From a virus: DNA of 64,000 bases. Positions within the stretch are counted from its first letter, which is position 1. Each line of letters begins with the position of its first letter. Shown here piece after piece: positions 14,611 to 22,089 of this stretch. The notes beneath the pieces are model-generated. The model worked only from the letters and a program-made list of their open reading frames with translations. It was not told the DNA's origin and did no database searches. The DNA is taken from IMG/VR virus record IMGVR_UViG_3300017971_000033; one strand, given 5' to 3'. The translations under genes were made by a program, and so were the position numbers.

Positions 14611-15155
14611 ACGTTGTTGTTGCGGATTATGCGGGATGCACCTTGCAGCGTGGCGATGGCTTCCTCGATATAGACATCGACCTCCCGGAGCGCGTCATAA
14701 CGCTCGTTAGATTCCTCTGCGGCCTCGATCATCATCTCAAGGCGCTGACGGTCAAGATCCTGCTCCACGATGATATCAATCAGTGGAGCGTTTTCCTCCA
14801 TCGCTTCTAGATACTCGCAAAGCTCGGAGTCGGTATATTCGCTATTGCCATCGAGGTAGTCATAGACTCCATCGTATTCTTCCACCATCGTGCGAGCGGC
14901 AGAGGAAATATCGAGATCGTCAAGCGTGTCAATGCCAACCTCCTTCGCCTTGTCAACAAACTCCTGCGAGGAGTCATGGAGCTGCAAGGCATTAATGACA
15001 TACTCAGAGGAAAGGCCGCGGGTGTTGATATAAGCGATGGTGTCACCATGCTTTGCCAACTGGTCGGAAGCGTAGCGCTTCTCTTGTCGGATATATCCGG
15101 CAATCAGATCAAAGATGTCCCGGATAGTAATCTGTTTCTGTGTTGGTGCGTTCAT
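14607..15155 (-). CDS. hypothetical, strongly acidic protein
   Basis: ORF track. The D/E-rich second half reads ...DTLDDLDISS...EEYDGVYDYLDGNSEYTDSELCEYLEAMEEN... Confidence 0.85.
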   Translation of the reverse strand: MNAPTQKQITIRDIFDLIAGYIRQEKRYASDQLAKHGDTIAYINTRGLSSEYVINALQLHDSSQEFVDKAKEVGIDTLDDLDISSAARTMVEEYDGVYDYLDGNSEYTDSELCEYLEAMEENAPLIDIIVEQDLDRQRLEMMIEAAEESNERYDALREVDVYIEEAIATLQGASRIIRNNNV

Positions 15156-15207
15156 TCTAAACTCCTTTCAGGATTCACCTGTCTCAGTTTGTGGTCTCGT
15201 CATCAGT

Positions 15208-15253
15208 ATGCGGCGACCATCCCGCATAGACCGCATGTAGGGATGTCATGCGG
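15208..15253. other. pair of hairpins built from repeated ATGCGG/CCGCAT segments
   Basis: atgcgg (15208-13) pairs with ccgcat (15222-27). ccgcatg (15231-37) pairs with catgcgg (15247-53), followed by tttctgtt on the plus strand. Alternative pairings are possible. Confidence 0.35.
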
Positions 15254-15265
15254 TTTCTGTTGGTG

Positions 15266-15388
15266 TTACTCCTCCGAGTCGTGGGAATTAATTCTGTCGA
15301 AATCGGTAAAGAATTCGGCAAGCCCGATTATTATTAAAATAATGGCAATAATTACCACGGACACTGCAAGCGCTTTTATTAAGCTCAT
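15266..15388 (-). CDS. small membrane protein (40 aa)
   Basis: ATG 15388 overlaps the upstream stop (TGATG). MSLIKALAVSVVIIAIILIIIGLAEFFTDFDRINSHDSEE. Below the ORF-track cutoff. Confidence 0.5.
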   Translation of the reverse strand: MSLIKALAVSVVIIAIILIIIGLAEFFTDFDRINSHDSEE

Positions 15389-15933
15389 CACTCCACCTCC
15401 TCCTTTTTCCACTCGTCACCATAAATGAGCAAGTCGTGGTTTGTAATGCACCTTTCGGCTTCCTCCTTCCAACGCGGTCGCTGAGCAATCACAAACTCGG
15501 TAAACCGCGACTTTTGTCTTGCCATCTCTTCATCGCTTTCAAACGGGAAACTACCAAAGTCAAGCGCCTCTGCTTCGTGGACTGGAATCCGCAAGTGATC
15601 GGCTAGAACCTTGTTGTTGCGGCCAGCCCACTTTGTACCGCCGTAGTGATACCAGCCGTTGTCAATGGAGTGCATTGGTTCGCCGTTGATATCGGACGAG
15701 TGCAGAGCGGCCATGTCCTTTAGATCCGGGAACTGCTCCGTGATAAAGGCATGATCAGCGCCGCCGCCGATATCCTTTCCTTCGCGGTTGTAGATATCGC
15801 ACGTTAAGGAAAAATAGGGAAGTGAATTTCCCTTGATGTAATGCAGGCCACCGACAACTCTTAGGTAGCAATTCGTGTAACAACTTAAACTGTCAGTGAT
15901 GAACTTCCTTGCTTTTAGGATTGGTGCTTTCAT
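15388..15933 (-). CDS. hypothetical protein
   Basis: ORF track; protein-like; no family recognised. Confidence 0.85.
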   Translation of the reverse strand: MKAPILKARKFITDSLSCYTNCYLRVVGGLHYIKGNSLPYFSLTCDIYNREGKDIGGGADHAFITEQFPDLKDMAALHSSDINGEPMHSIDNGWYHYGGTKWAGRNNKVLADHLRIPVHEAEALDFGSFPFESDEEMARQKSRFTEFVIAQRPRWKEEAERCITNHDLLIYGDEWKKEEVE

Positions 15934-15936
15934 ATC

Positions 15937-16188
15937 TCACCTCTTGAAAGAATGGCTTTCGCGGTTTAAAAGGTCATCCACCCGAGCGGAATATACCCGA
16001 GGGCTTTGTGCAGAATCCTCTGCATGCGCACAAGCGGCATCGAAGTCGTCATAATGCTCTTCTTCAAAGTTTCCGTTTGTGAATTCGATGACGACCAAAA
16101 AGGACATTTGCGCCCGTTCGTCTTTATAGTCATCGGCAAAGGAGTCGCCGGATTTTGCTTTAAGCCAGATTGAGGATGCAATACTCAT
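15937..16188 (-). CDS. hypothetical acidic protein
   Basis: ORF track. The overlapping 71-aa ORF in another frame is rejected. Confidence 0.8.
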   Translation of the reverse strand: MSIASSIWLKAKSGDSFADDYKDERAQMSFLVVIEFTNGNFEEEHYDDFDAACAHAEDSAQSPRVYSARVDDLLNRESHSFKR

Positions 16189-16508
16189 GGATTGCCTCCT
16201 CCGTAATGCTTGCGCTCTTCGTATTCAAAAGACTGCTCGCACAGGTCGGCTTCGTAGTCGTCAACAACGCAAAGCGCAGAGCGCACTTCGTCATCATTCA
16301 TGCGGCTAATAAGCCAGCGGAAGTTCTCCGGGGTGTCGGTATAATCCACTGAACTCTCCCTTCCTTTGACAGAGAACAGCATTGACATCATGCGGCCACT
16401 GCAAGAAGCGTGGTCACAAGCCATGCGGAAAAGTTCTTCCCGGTCGGCGGTATCAACAAAGCGCATATCACGCTTGAACTTGCTCGTTTGTCTATGTTTG
16501 GATTTCAT
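16185..16508 (-). CDS. hypothetical protein
   Basis: ORF track; ATGA overlap. Confidence 0.8.
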   Translation of the reverse strand: MKSKHRQTSKFKRDMRFVDTADREELFRMACDHASCSGRMMSMLFSVKGRESSVDYTDTPENFRWLISRMNDDEVRSALCVVDDYEADLCEQSFEYEERKHYGGGNP

Positions 16509-16518
16509 AGTCCTCTCC

Positions 16519-16731
16519 CTAAATGGTGTTGATCAGAGTCTGCGCACGGTCATACGTGCGACGGTCGCAGCGGTAGACAATCACGCGGTCACCAATAGTT
16601 GTGAAGTTGCGCCACATGATTATGTAGAAGGATCCTGCGGGACCTTTGACGGCATCCCACGTTGAAACGGACTCGGAGTTAAAACCAAGATCCGACAGGA
16701 ACTCAAGAATTTTAGCGTTTGTTTCGTGCAT
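16519..16731 (-). CDS. hypothetical protein
   Basis: ORF track. Confidence 0.75.
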   Translation of the reverse strand: MHETNAKILEFLSDLGFNSESVSTWDAVKGPAGSFYIIMWRNFTTIGDRVIVYRCDRRTYDRAQTLINTI

Positions 16732-16746
16732 AACTATTTCCTCTAA

Positions 16747-16956
16747 TCAATTAACCGGATGATCCATTGAAACAATATCGGTATCAAGGTTCAGCCATCC
16801 GTGAAGATGGCGCGCAGGATTGTAGACATAAAGCCACCGTACGCCGTCATAAATAAAAGGCCGCTCGTCGCCGCCGCAAGCGGAAACCCAGCGGTCAGCC
16901 TTTTCAGCAACAGCGATTTCATACTCGCCGCCGTAGTTGTAGGTAAACTCGCTCAT
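16747..16956 (-). CDS. hypothetical protein
   Basis: ORF track. Confidence 0.75.
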   Translation of the reverse strand: MSEFTYNYGGEYEIAVAEKADRWVSACGGDERPFIYDGVRWLYVYNPARHLHGWLNLDTDIVSMDHPVN

Positions 16957-17201
16957 TTGACCGTCCTCTCAATTGGCTCGTGGATACGCAGAGAATTATG
17001 GTTGCCGAACTCTCTGACCTTCAAGCCGACATTCCTTGCGTAGTCGGCCATTGCGTTTAATTGTTTGCTATCGGTGCAGACAACATCAAGAACCCGCTTC
17101 CCGGTTGTACGGTTGCGGAATTCATCAACTTGCTCCGCTTCGTGTTTCGTCCACACGTAGAGGTAAGCGAAACCGGCTAACTGTTGGGTATACATTTTCA
17201 T
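16953..17201 (-). CDS. hypothetical protein (82 aa)
   Basis: Start MKMYTQQLAG... at 17201 overlaps the upstream stop (ATGA). Confidence 0.75.
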   Translation of the reverse strand: MKMYTQQLAGFAYLYVWTKHEAEQVDEFRNRTTGKRVLDVVCTDSKQLNAMADYARNVGLKVREFGNHNSLRIHEPIERTVK

Positions 17202-17506
17202 TTGCCGCCCCTCGTAAGACCGCCCGCAAGCGGATGCCACTCATAAGCGCCGTTGTCATATTGATCCATGACTGCATCGCGCACGGCCATGACATCGCTC
17301 ATGACAACCTCAATTGTTCCGAGCGGGTCGGAGTCGAAGTTAGGATCATCAAATACGATGTTGTGTTTTACCTTTCCGTAAACGCACCGCGAATGATCAT
17401 TGAAAACCAAATCGCCTTCATCAGTGAAGCCGCAAGTAATGACTTGACCTTCTGCGGAGTATTGGCGACCGGTATTAAAAGTGAATTGTGCGACGATCTC
17501 AGACAT
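17198..17506 (-). CDS. hypothetical protein, paralog of 17506-17757
   Basis: Start MSEIVAQFTF... at 17506 overlaps the upstream stop (TGATG). LVFNDHSRCVYGKV matches VLFKDHSTQQCGKV in the neighbouring gene. Confidence 0.75.
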   Translation of the reverse strand: MSEIVAQFTFNTGRQYSAEGQVITCGFTDEGDLVFNDHSRCVYGKVKHNIVFDDPNFDSDPLGTIEVVMSDVMAVRDAVMDQYDNGAYEWHPLAGGLTRGGK

Positions 17507-17757
17507 CAGACTTCCCTCCATACTGGTTTCAGTCCGGCAGCGACTGCGTTCCAATCAAAGAAGCCGACAGAGCGTGAAGAGTCAACAATGTCTTGCACGG
17601 TTTCCTGCGGCGTGTCGGTATTAAGAAGGCAGAAGGCGACCTTGCCGCACTGCTGCGTTGAATGGTCTTTGAATAAAACCGCACCGTCATCCAATACGGC
17701 GACGGTGACGGCTTTTGATTCGTCATTGGTGTAGGTGAATTTAAGTTTCATAATCAT
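17506..17757 (-). CDS. hypothetical protein, paralog of 17198-17506
   Basis: ORF track. GGGAGA upstream of the MIMKLKF start region. Confidence 0.75.
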   Translation of the reverse strand: MIMKLKFTYTNDESKAVTVAVLDDGAVLFKDHSTQQCGKVAFCLLNTDTPQETVQDIVDSSRSVGFFDWNAVAAGLKPVWREV

Positions 17758-17799
17758 TCTCCCTTTAAGTAAGAAGTCTAAAACCAGTTGGCGCAGGTT

Positions 17800-17871
17800 T
17801 TAGTGAGTGGCGTGGATGTAGTAAAGCGTTGCGGACAAAACAACAACGATCAAAAGAGCAAAAGTAGTCAT
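17800..17871 (-). CDS. tiny hydrophobic peptide candidate (23 aa), first ORF of the leftward unit
   Basis: GAGGAAATCACC precedes ATG 17871. MTTFALLIVVVLSATLYYIHATH. Confidence 0.3.
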   Translation of the reverse strand: MTTFALLIVVVLSATLYYIHATH

Positions 17872-17895
17872 GGTGATTTCCTCGATATGCGGTTG

Positions 17896-17923
17896 ATAAA
17901 GACACCGTAAGCGGTGCCTTTAT
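17896..17923 (-). terminator. 12-bp hairpin (AUAAAGGCACCG-CUUA-CGGUGUCUUUAU in minus sense), terminator or attenuator-like
   Basis: Its one non-WC pair is G-U in minus sense and A-C in plus sense. Lies 25 nt upstream of the first leftward start codon. Confidence 0.4.
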
Positions 17924-18105
17924 TGCCGCACACCTTTCGGCGTGCAGTCCTTCCGGGAAGTTGGCAGACAATCCGTGACACTGCGATGCGTTTTAGCGGT
18001 CGCGCCATGTCATTCTGTTGTCGGCGATCTTCCGTTCCGGTTGGGTTTGGTCCTTTTCGGTTTCCCCTAACAAGGCGGCTCGTGGTTGTTCTCAACTCAG
18101 CCTTG

Positions 18106-18138
18106 TCGCCGCTATCCGTGCGGCGGGGGTTTTCTTTT
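18106..18138 (+). terminator. terminator-like hairpin in plus sense (UCGCCGC-UAUCCGU-GCGGCGG, then GGG UUUUCUUUU)
   Basis: 7-bp GC-rich stem 18106-18112/18120-18126 followed by a T-rich run at 18130-18138. It conflicts with the minus-sense evidence, so the strand of the region is unresolved. Confidence 0.35.
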
Positions 18139-18783
18139 GGTCTTGGTGGAAGGTGGCGGGGAGGGTTTTAAAAATCTTGACTAAAGATCTTTTAGGTTTC
18201 CGCTTTTAGTTTGCCGCTCGCTCTTTTAACCTTGAATCGGCTTGCGCCTCGGTCCGCTCGTCTTAGGGAGGTTGGATTCTTCCGGGAAGTTTCCGTGGGG
18301 GCTTGCTGCGTTCCAGTTGGACGGTCTTGGCAATTCCATTCAACCCTGTCTCGAGTCGGATGCGGTTTGGCAATCATCTTGCTATTCCACTTTGACTCAG
18401 CCGCGCTTTAGCGTTTCCTGATCCTCTTCGGATCCCCGATCACCTCGGTCCCCTTTCGCGCTGTTGACAGGTGAGATGGTTTCCCGACTTACTCCCTGCA
18501 ATAAATCCGCTAATCAGTTTGGCGTTTCTTCCGCGGCTTACTGCTCTTGAAGGCGTCCTTGCCTTCCCTTCTAATCCCGCGGTGGCTGGCTTGGTCTCAA
18601 GCCCTTGCCCCGTTCGGGATGACGTCATGCCTGACGCCAGATTTAATATTGCCTTGCCTATTTCCATATGTACATAGTTATGGTAGCTTATCTATCGGCT
18701 CGGGAACTGGATGCCTTAATTCATCCTAACTCCTTGATCCGTAAAGCGAAAAACAGCCGAAAATACAGAGACCTCTGAACTGG

Positions 18784-18824
18784 CTGACTCCTGCTTTTGC
18801 TCATAATACTAATTAATTCAGCAA
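18784..18824 (+). promoter_or_regulatory. candidate rightward early promoter (CTGACT-17-TACTAA) overlapping an AT-rich inverted repeat TTGCT-N18-AGCAA
   Basis: -35 at 18784-18789 and -10 at 18807-18812. Inverted repeat at 18797-18824. Lies 16-56 nt upstream of the Cro-like start. Confidence 0.35.
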
Positions 18825-18839
18825 CTTAGGAGTGATATC

Positions 18840-19040
18840 ATGCTAGAAGCCCGTAGCCTTAAAATCGTAATAAAGCAAGCCGGCGGTCCTTCCGCAGTTT
18901 CCCGGAGAACCGGATTCTCACGGCAAGCTATCCATTCATGGATTAACCGCGGAGACATCCCACGCGCCACAAGGCGCAAGTTAGAAGCCGCTGGTATTTC
19001 AACAACAACGCTGCTGCCGTTTGGCACTGACTGGAAATAG
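18840..19040 (+). CDS. Cro / YdaS-type helix-turn-helix regulator
   Basis: AGGAG lies 7 nt upstream of ATG. GGPSAVSRRTGFSRQAIHSWINRGDIP is a typical Cro/YdaS HTH. First gene of the rightward unit. Confidence 0.8.
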   Translation: MLEARSLKIVIKQAGGPSAVSRRTGFSRQAIHSWINRGDIPRATRRKLEAAGISTTTLLPFGTDWK

Positions 19041-19042
19041 TG

Positions 19043-19066
19043 AATTGTATATTTGAATATACAATT
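19043..19066. promoter_or_regulatory. 24-bp palindrome AATTGTATAT-TTGA-ATATACAATT (copy 1 of the repeated motif); candidate operator
   Basis: Perfect 10-bp arms. Sits immediately after the Cro-like stop and spans the first possible start codon of the next gene. A TTGACA hexamer follows at 19069-19074. Confidence 0.5.
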
Positions 19067-19382
19067 GCTTGACACTCCAAACAGTTCGCTTCCCGGTTTA
19101 CTGTCACAGCTTGGCTGTGTCGTTTGCCTTCGCTTAGGTTATGGCGAAACGCCCGCAGAGATTCACCACTTGCGCAGCGGCGCAGGTATCGCGCAGCGAA
19201 GCGACAACAGCCGTGCCATTCCCCTATGCCACCTTCACCATCGCAATGGCGGTTATGGTGTTGCGTTCCACGCAGGGCCAAGGGAGTTTGAACGGCTGTT
19301 CGGCACTGAGGAGGAGTTGTTGGAATACACGCACAACTTACTCGAAACCAAAATCAAACGAGGTGAGATATGTACGAAGTAA
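19053..19382 (+). CDS. Ref-like HNH endonuclease (start codon uncertain; TTG 19053 or 19065)
   Basis: CVVCLRLGYGETPAEIHHLRSGAG...IPLCHLHHRNG matches the CxxC...HH...PLCxxHH pattern of P1 Ref-type nucleases. There is no ATG before the CxxC. Confidence 0.7.
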   Translation: MNIQLLDTPNSSLPGLLSQLGCVVCLRLGYGETPAEIHHLRSGAGIAQRSDNSRAIPLCHLHHRNGGYGVAFHAGPREFERLFGTEEELLEYTHNLLETKIKRGEICTK

Positions 19383-19699
19383 ACTCTGAAACAATCGATA
19401 TCTTTGAGCGCGTCCCGTATTACCTTTGGGACGATAACAATCTGACGCGCTCCGCGCTCGCAGTATTCGCTTACATCATGGACAACCGCAGTGATGACGG
19501 TCTTTGTCATAAATCAAACCCGGAAATAGCAAAGGCGTTAGGCTACAAACACGCGAGGAGCGTTCAGTATCCGCTCAAGGCACTGGAAGCCGCAGGTTAT
19601 ACAACCCGCGACCACCGAGGCCCTTATCGTTGGATCCAGTTAACCGAGAAGGCGCTTGATGTTATTGAACGCAGCAACGACGAGAGGCAAATCGCATGA
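19370..19699 (+). CDS. winged-helix DNA-binding protein
   Basis: GAGGTGAG upstream of ATG. NPEIAKALGYKHARSVQYPLKALEAAGY is wHTH-like. Confidence 0.75.
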   Translation: MYEVNSETIDIFERVPYYLWDDNNLTRSALAVFAYIMDNRSDDGLCHKSNPEIAKALGYKHARSVQYPLKALEAAGYTTRDHRGPYRWIQLTEKALDVIERSNDERQIA

Positions 19700-20505
19700 A
19701 TGACGAGCGTTATGGTTTCAAGGGCGTCTTTATCCCGGCCGCAGTGTGGAAGGATCATCGGCTAAACGCACTGGAGATGGTGTTACTGACAGAAATCTTC
19801 TATCTGTCAAACGGGAAAACACCTTGCATTGCGTCAAACCAGTATTTGGCGACATTCATCAAGCGGGATAAGCGGACTGCTAAACGGATAGTTAGCAAGT
19901 TAGAGGAGTGCGGTTATATTCGCACCGAGGTTGACCGGGACGATCAGAGAGTAGTTACGCAAAGACGTATATTTGTGGATGCCGCTTTGTATCATGGAGT
20001 TGATACCCCTAGTGACAAAAATGTCCCCACCCCTCGTGACAAAAATGTCCCTACCCCTAGTGACAAAAATGTCCCCTATAGTAATAAAAGACCTTTTAGT
20101 AATAATAAAACCATATTGTGCGAAAACAACAAAAAGGAATCAGTGGAACGGTTTGAGGAATTCTGGCAGGCTTACCCCTCGGGATACCGAAAGGGAGGGA
20201 AAAAGAAAGCCCGAGATATTTGGAAACGTAAAAACCTCGATAAGATCGCTGACGCACTTATTGCTGATGTCGGTCTCCGGGCTGCAAAAGACCGGTCATG
20301 GCTTGACGGCTATATTCCGATGACGACAACATACCTGAACCAAGAGAGGTGGCAAGACGATATACAAACCGCAGGACCGAAACAAAAGGAAACCGCAGAA
20401 GATCGGCGACAAGCCCGACGCAAGCGGATTGAGGAAAGAGAAAACAAAATCAACGGCAAAATCATCGAGGGGGAATACCATGCAGAAATTAATAAACTTG
20501 TCTGA
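19696..20505 (+). CDS. replication initiator / replisome organiser with internal iterons
   Basis: The N-terminus is a wHTH paralogous to the preceding gene. The central TPSDKNVP repeat is encoded by three 24-bp iterons. C-terminal FEEFWQAYPSGYRKGGKKKA motif. Confidence 0.75.
   Translation: MNDERYGFKGVFIPAAVWKDHRLNALEMVLLTEIFYLSNGKTPCIASNQYLATFIKRDKRTAKRIVSKLEECGYIRTEVDRDDQRVVTQRRIFVDAALYHGVDTPSDKNVPTPRDKNVPTPSDKNVPYSNKRPFSNNKTILCENNKKESVERFEEFWQAYPSGYRKGGKKKARDIWKRKNLDKIADALIADVGLRAAKDRSWLDGYIPMTTTYLNQERWQDDIQTAGPKQKETAEDRRQARRKRIEERENKINGKIIEGEYHAEINKLV
20005..20076. repeat. three tandem 24-bp iterons (ACCCCTAGTGACAAAAATGTCCCC); probable replication origin
   Basis: Copies at 20005-20028, 20029-20052 and 20053-20076 with 2-3 mismatches. 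They lie inside the initiator gene, as in lambda O / ori. Confidence 0.8.
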
Positions 20506-21064
20506 CGACATCCAGCAACAAGCCTATGACCGATTTTGGGTTGCAATGGGCGAGATCTATGGCGAACAGTTTTTTACTGAATTCGGCCCGGAGATGCCAG
20601 ACCAGTGGCGCATGGCTGTTGGCTCGCTGAACCTTGAGCAAATCAAGCGCGGCATCGATCTTTGTCGTGATTCAGGCGACAGCTATATTCCGCGGCTTCC
20701 GCAATTCATGGGAAGGGCCCGCACAGCTCCTCAGCGGTCACCAGAGGCGCAAAAGCGGATAACCAGTGGCAAAGCATCCACCGAGGTGCAGGAGCGGCTA
20801 CACGCCTTCGTGGAACGGCACCGTGAGGATCCGTCCCGAGGTGTTCGGTCGGTATTGCATGGTGGCGAGTCGATGGTGGATTACAAAGCCGCACTCTCCA
20901 AGGCCCGCCGCAATGGCAAAACCACGTTTGAATTCAAGTGGGAGCGCCTTAACGCCAATGGCTGGACGATGGAAGATGAAAAGCGATTCTACGATGCGGC
21001 CAAGGTGTGCGGGATTTCCCTTTACAACGGCACTACCAACTTGCTGAGGGATTGCAATGAATAA
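20480..21064 (+). CDS. lambda P-like replication protein (helicase loader candidate)
   Basis: Start MQKLINLSDD... at 20480, preceded by GAGGGGGAA. WRMAVGSLNLEQIKRGIDLCRDSGDSYIPRLPQFMGRAR resembles the lambda P core W...G...FLPSPGQF. Confidence 0.55.
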   Translation: MQKLINLSDDIQQQAYDRFWVAMGEIYGEQFFTEFGPEMPDQWRMAVGSLNLEQIKRGIDLCRDSGDSYIPRLPQFMGRARTAPQRSPEAQKRITSGKASTEVQERLHAFVERHREDPSRGVRSVLHGGESMVDYKAALSKARRNGKTTFEFKWERLNANGWTMEDEKRFYDAAKVCGISLYNGTTNLLRDCNE

Positions 21065-21440
21065 TCCAGTTTGCTTAAAGCGGATCTACTTGACTGGCTA
21101 CCAGTTGAAGCAGGCGCTCGAAGTCCTTGGCTACGATTTTGATTTGTCTGCGTTCCCGCAATGCGATGTGCTTGAAACGCATGCTTGTCTGTCTCGGTAC
21201 GATGACGGCGCATTGACAGTCCATTATGCCGAATACCCCGAAGAAGGCGCGCAGGAACTGGTTGACCCGGAGGAACTGGTTGAGAAGTATGACCAGCCAT
21301 ACGGCATCCGTGCTGACGAATTCACGGAAGCGATGAACGAACACATAGTGCAGGAAAGGGAGCTAATCTTCCACATGAAAAAAATCACTGCGATTAACAA
21401 GATCATCGCGCAGCCGTTTTATGACGGCCCGGAGGTGTAG
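21057..21440 (+). CDS. hypothetical protein
   Basis: ORF track; overlaps the upstream stop. Confidence 0.8.
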   Translation: MNNPVCLKRIYLTGYQLKQALEVLGYDFDLSAFPQCDVLETHACLSRYDDGALTVHYAEYPEEGAQELVDPEELVEKYDQPYGIRADEFTEAMNEHIVQERELIFHMKKITAINKIIAQPFYDGPEV

Positions 21441-21501
21441 TCATGGGAGTGCCAATTTACCAAACCGAAAATAACCTAAGTATTGAGAGAGAGGTAGCAA
21501 C

Positions 21502-22077
21502 ATGGATCTAGCGATATACAGCAAAGTAGCGTTCACGGAGTTTGCCATCTACCCCGAGGCCGGCGACGATATTGTTTACCCGTTACTCGGGCTTGTTGGT
21601 GAAGTCTCCGAGGTCAATGACAAGCTGCTATCCTACAACGGCTGTTCGGCCTTTGACCCGGAGGCGCAGCCATTACTCCGGGAACTTGGCGATGTCTTGT
21701 GGTATTGCAATGCGTTCATCAGATCAATCGAGCTTGATTTTGTGAAGATGGTGCCGCGGTCAGAAGGCTGGGACAACTTCCCCGGAGACAATCTGGTTCA
21801 GCGCATGAACTCTGGCGGGAATTTCCTCGTGCACGCCGCTGGACATATTGCCGAACAGGTCAAGAAGATGATCCGCGGCCGGGAGCCATTCGGCGGGGAG
21901 CGCGGGCAGGATTGCGCCAACCACTTGTCGGCCATCCTTGGTTGCATAGCAGTCATGGCTGAGATGCTGGATTCATCGCTTGAGGAAATAGCCGAGATGA
22001 ATTACACCAAGTTGTCTGAGCGCAAGCAGAAAGACATGATCCACGGCGACGGTGACAACCGCGAAAGGATAAACTGA
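21502..22077 (+). CDS. MazG-like nucleotide pyrophosphohydrolase
   Basis: LGLVGEVSEVNDK and RELGDVLWYCNAF match the EExxE / ExxD helices of the all-alpha NTP-PPase fold. Confidence 0.75.
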   Translation: MDLAIYSKVAFTEFAIYPEAGDDIVYPLLGLVGEVSEVNDKLLSYNGCSAFDPEAQPLLRELGDVLWYCNAFIRSIELDFVKMVPRSEGWDNFPGDNLVQRMNSGGNFLVHAAGHIAEQVKKMIRGREPFGGERGQDCANHLSAILGCIAVMAEMLDSSLEEIAEMNYTKLSERKQKDMIHGDGDNRERIN

Positions 22078-22089
22078 CGGAGGGAAGGT

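Larger units (their letters stand above)
17872..18790 (-). ncRNA. ORF-free, hairpin-dense region; candidate large structured RNA or long structured leader (strand tentative)
   Basis: No credible CDS in six frames. There are many perfect local hairpins. G-U versus A-C asymmetry in two stems favours minus sense, and GAAA-type loops also read in minus sense. See findings. Confidence 0.35.

Noticed and set aside
17765-18729. Eight listed ORFs of 60-85 aa on both strands in the divergent region
   Set aside because: All are R/S/P/G-rich, mutually overlapping and without an SD. I treat the region as non-coding (see the first finding).
19043-19066. The palindrome as a LexA/SOS box, or as a CRP or ArgR site
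   Set aside because: TGTATAT resembles half of the gammaproteobacterial CTGTATAT box, but the arms are TTG-N14-CAA rather than CTG-N10-CAG. The spacing also does not fit CRP (TGTGA-N6-TCACA) or an ARG box.
20005-20076. Tandem 24-bp repeats as a mini CRISPR array
   Set aside because: There are no spacers and the repeats are contiguous and in frame within a replication gene. They are iterons.
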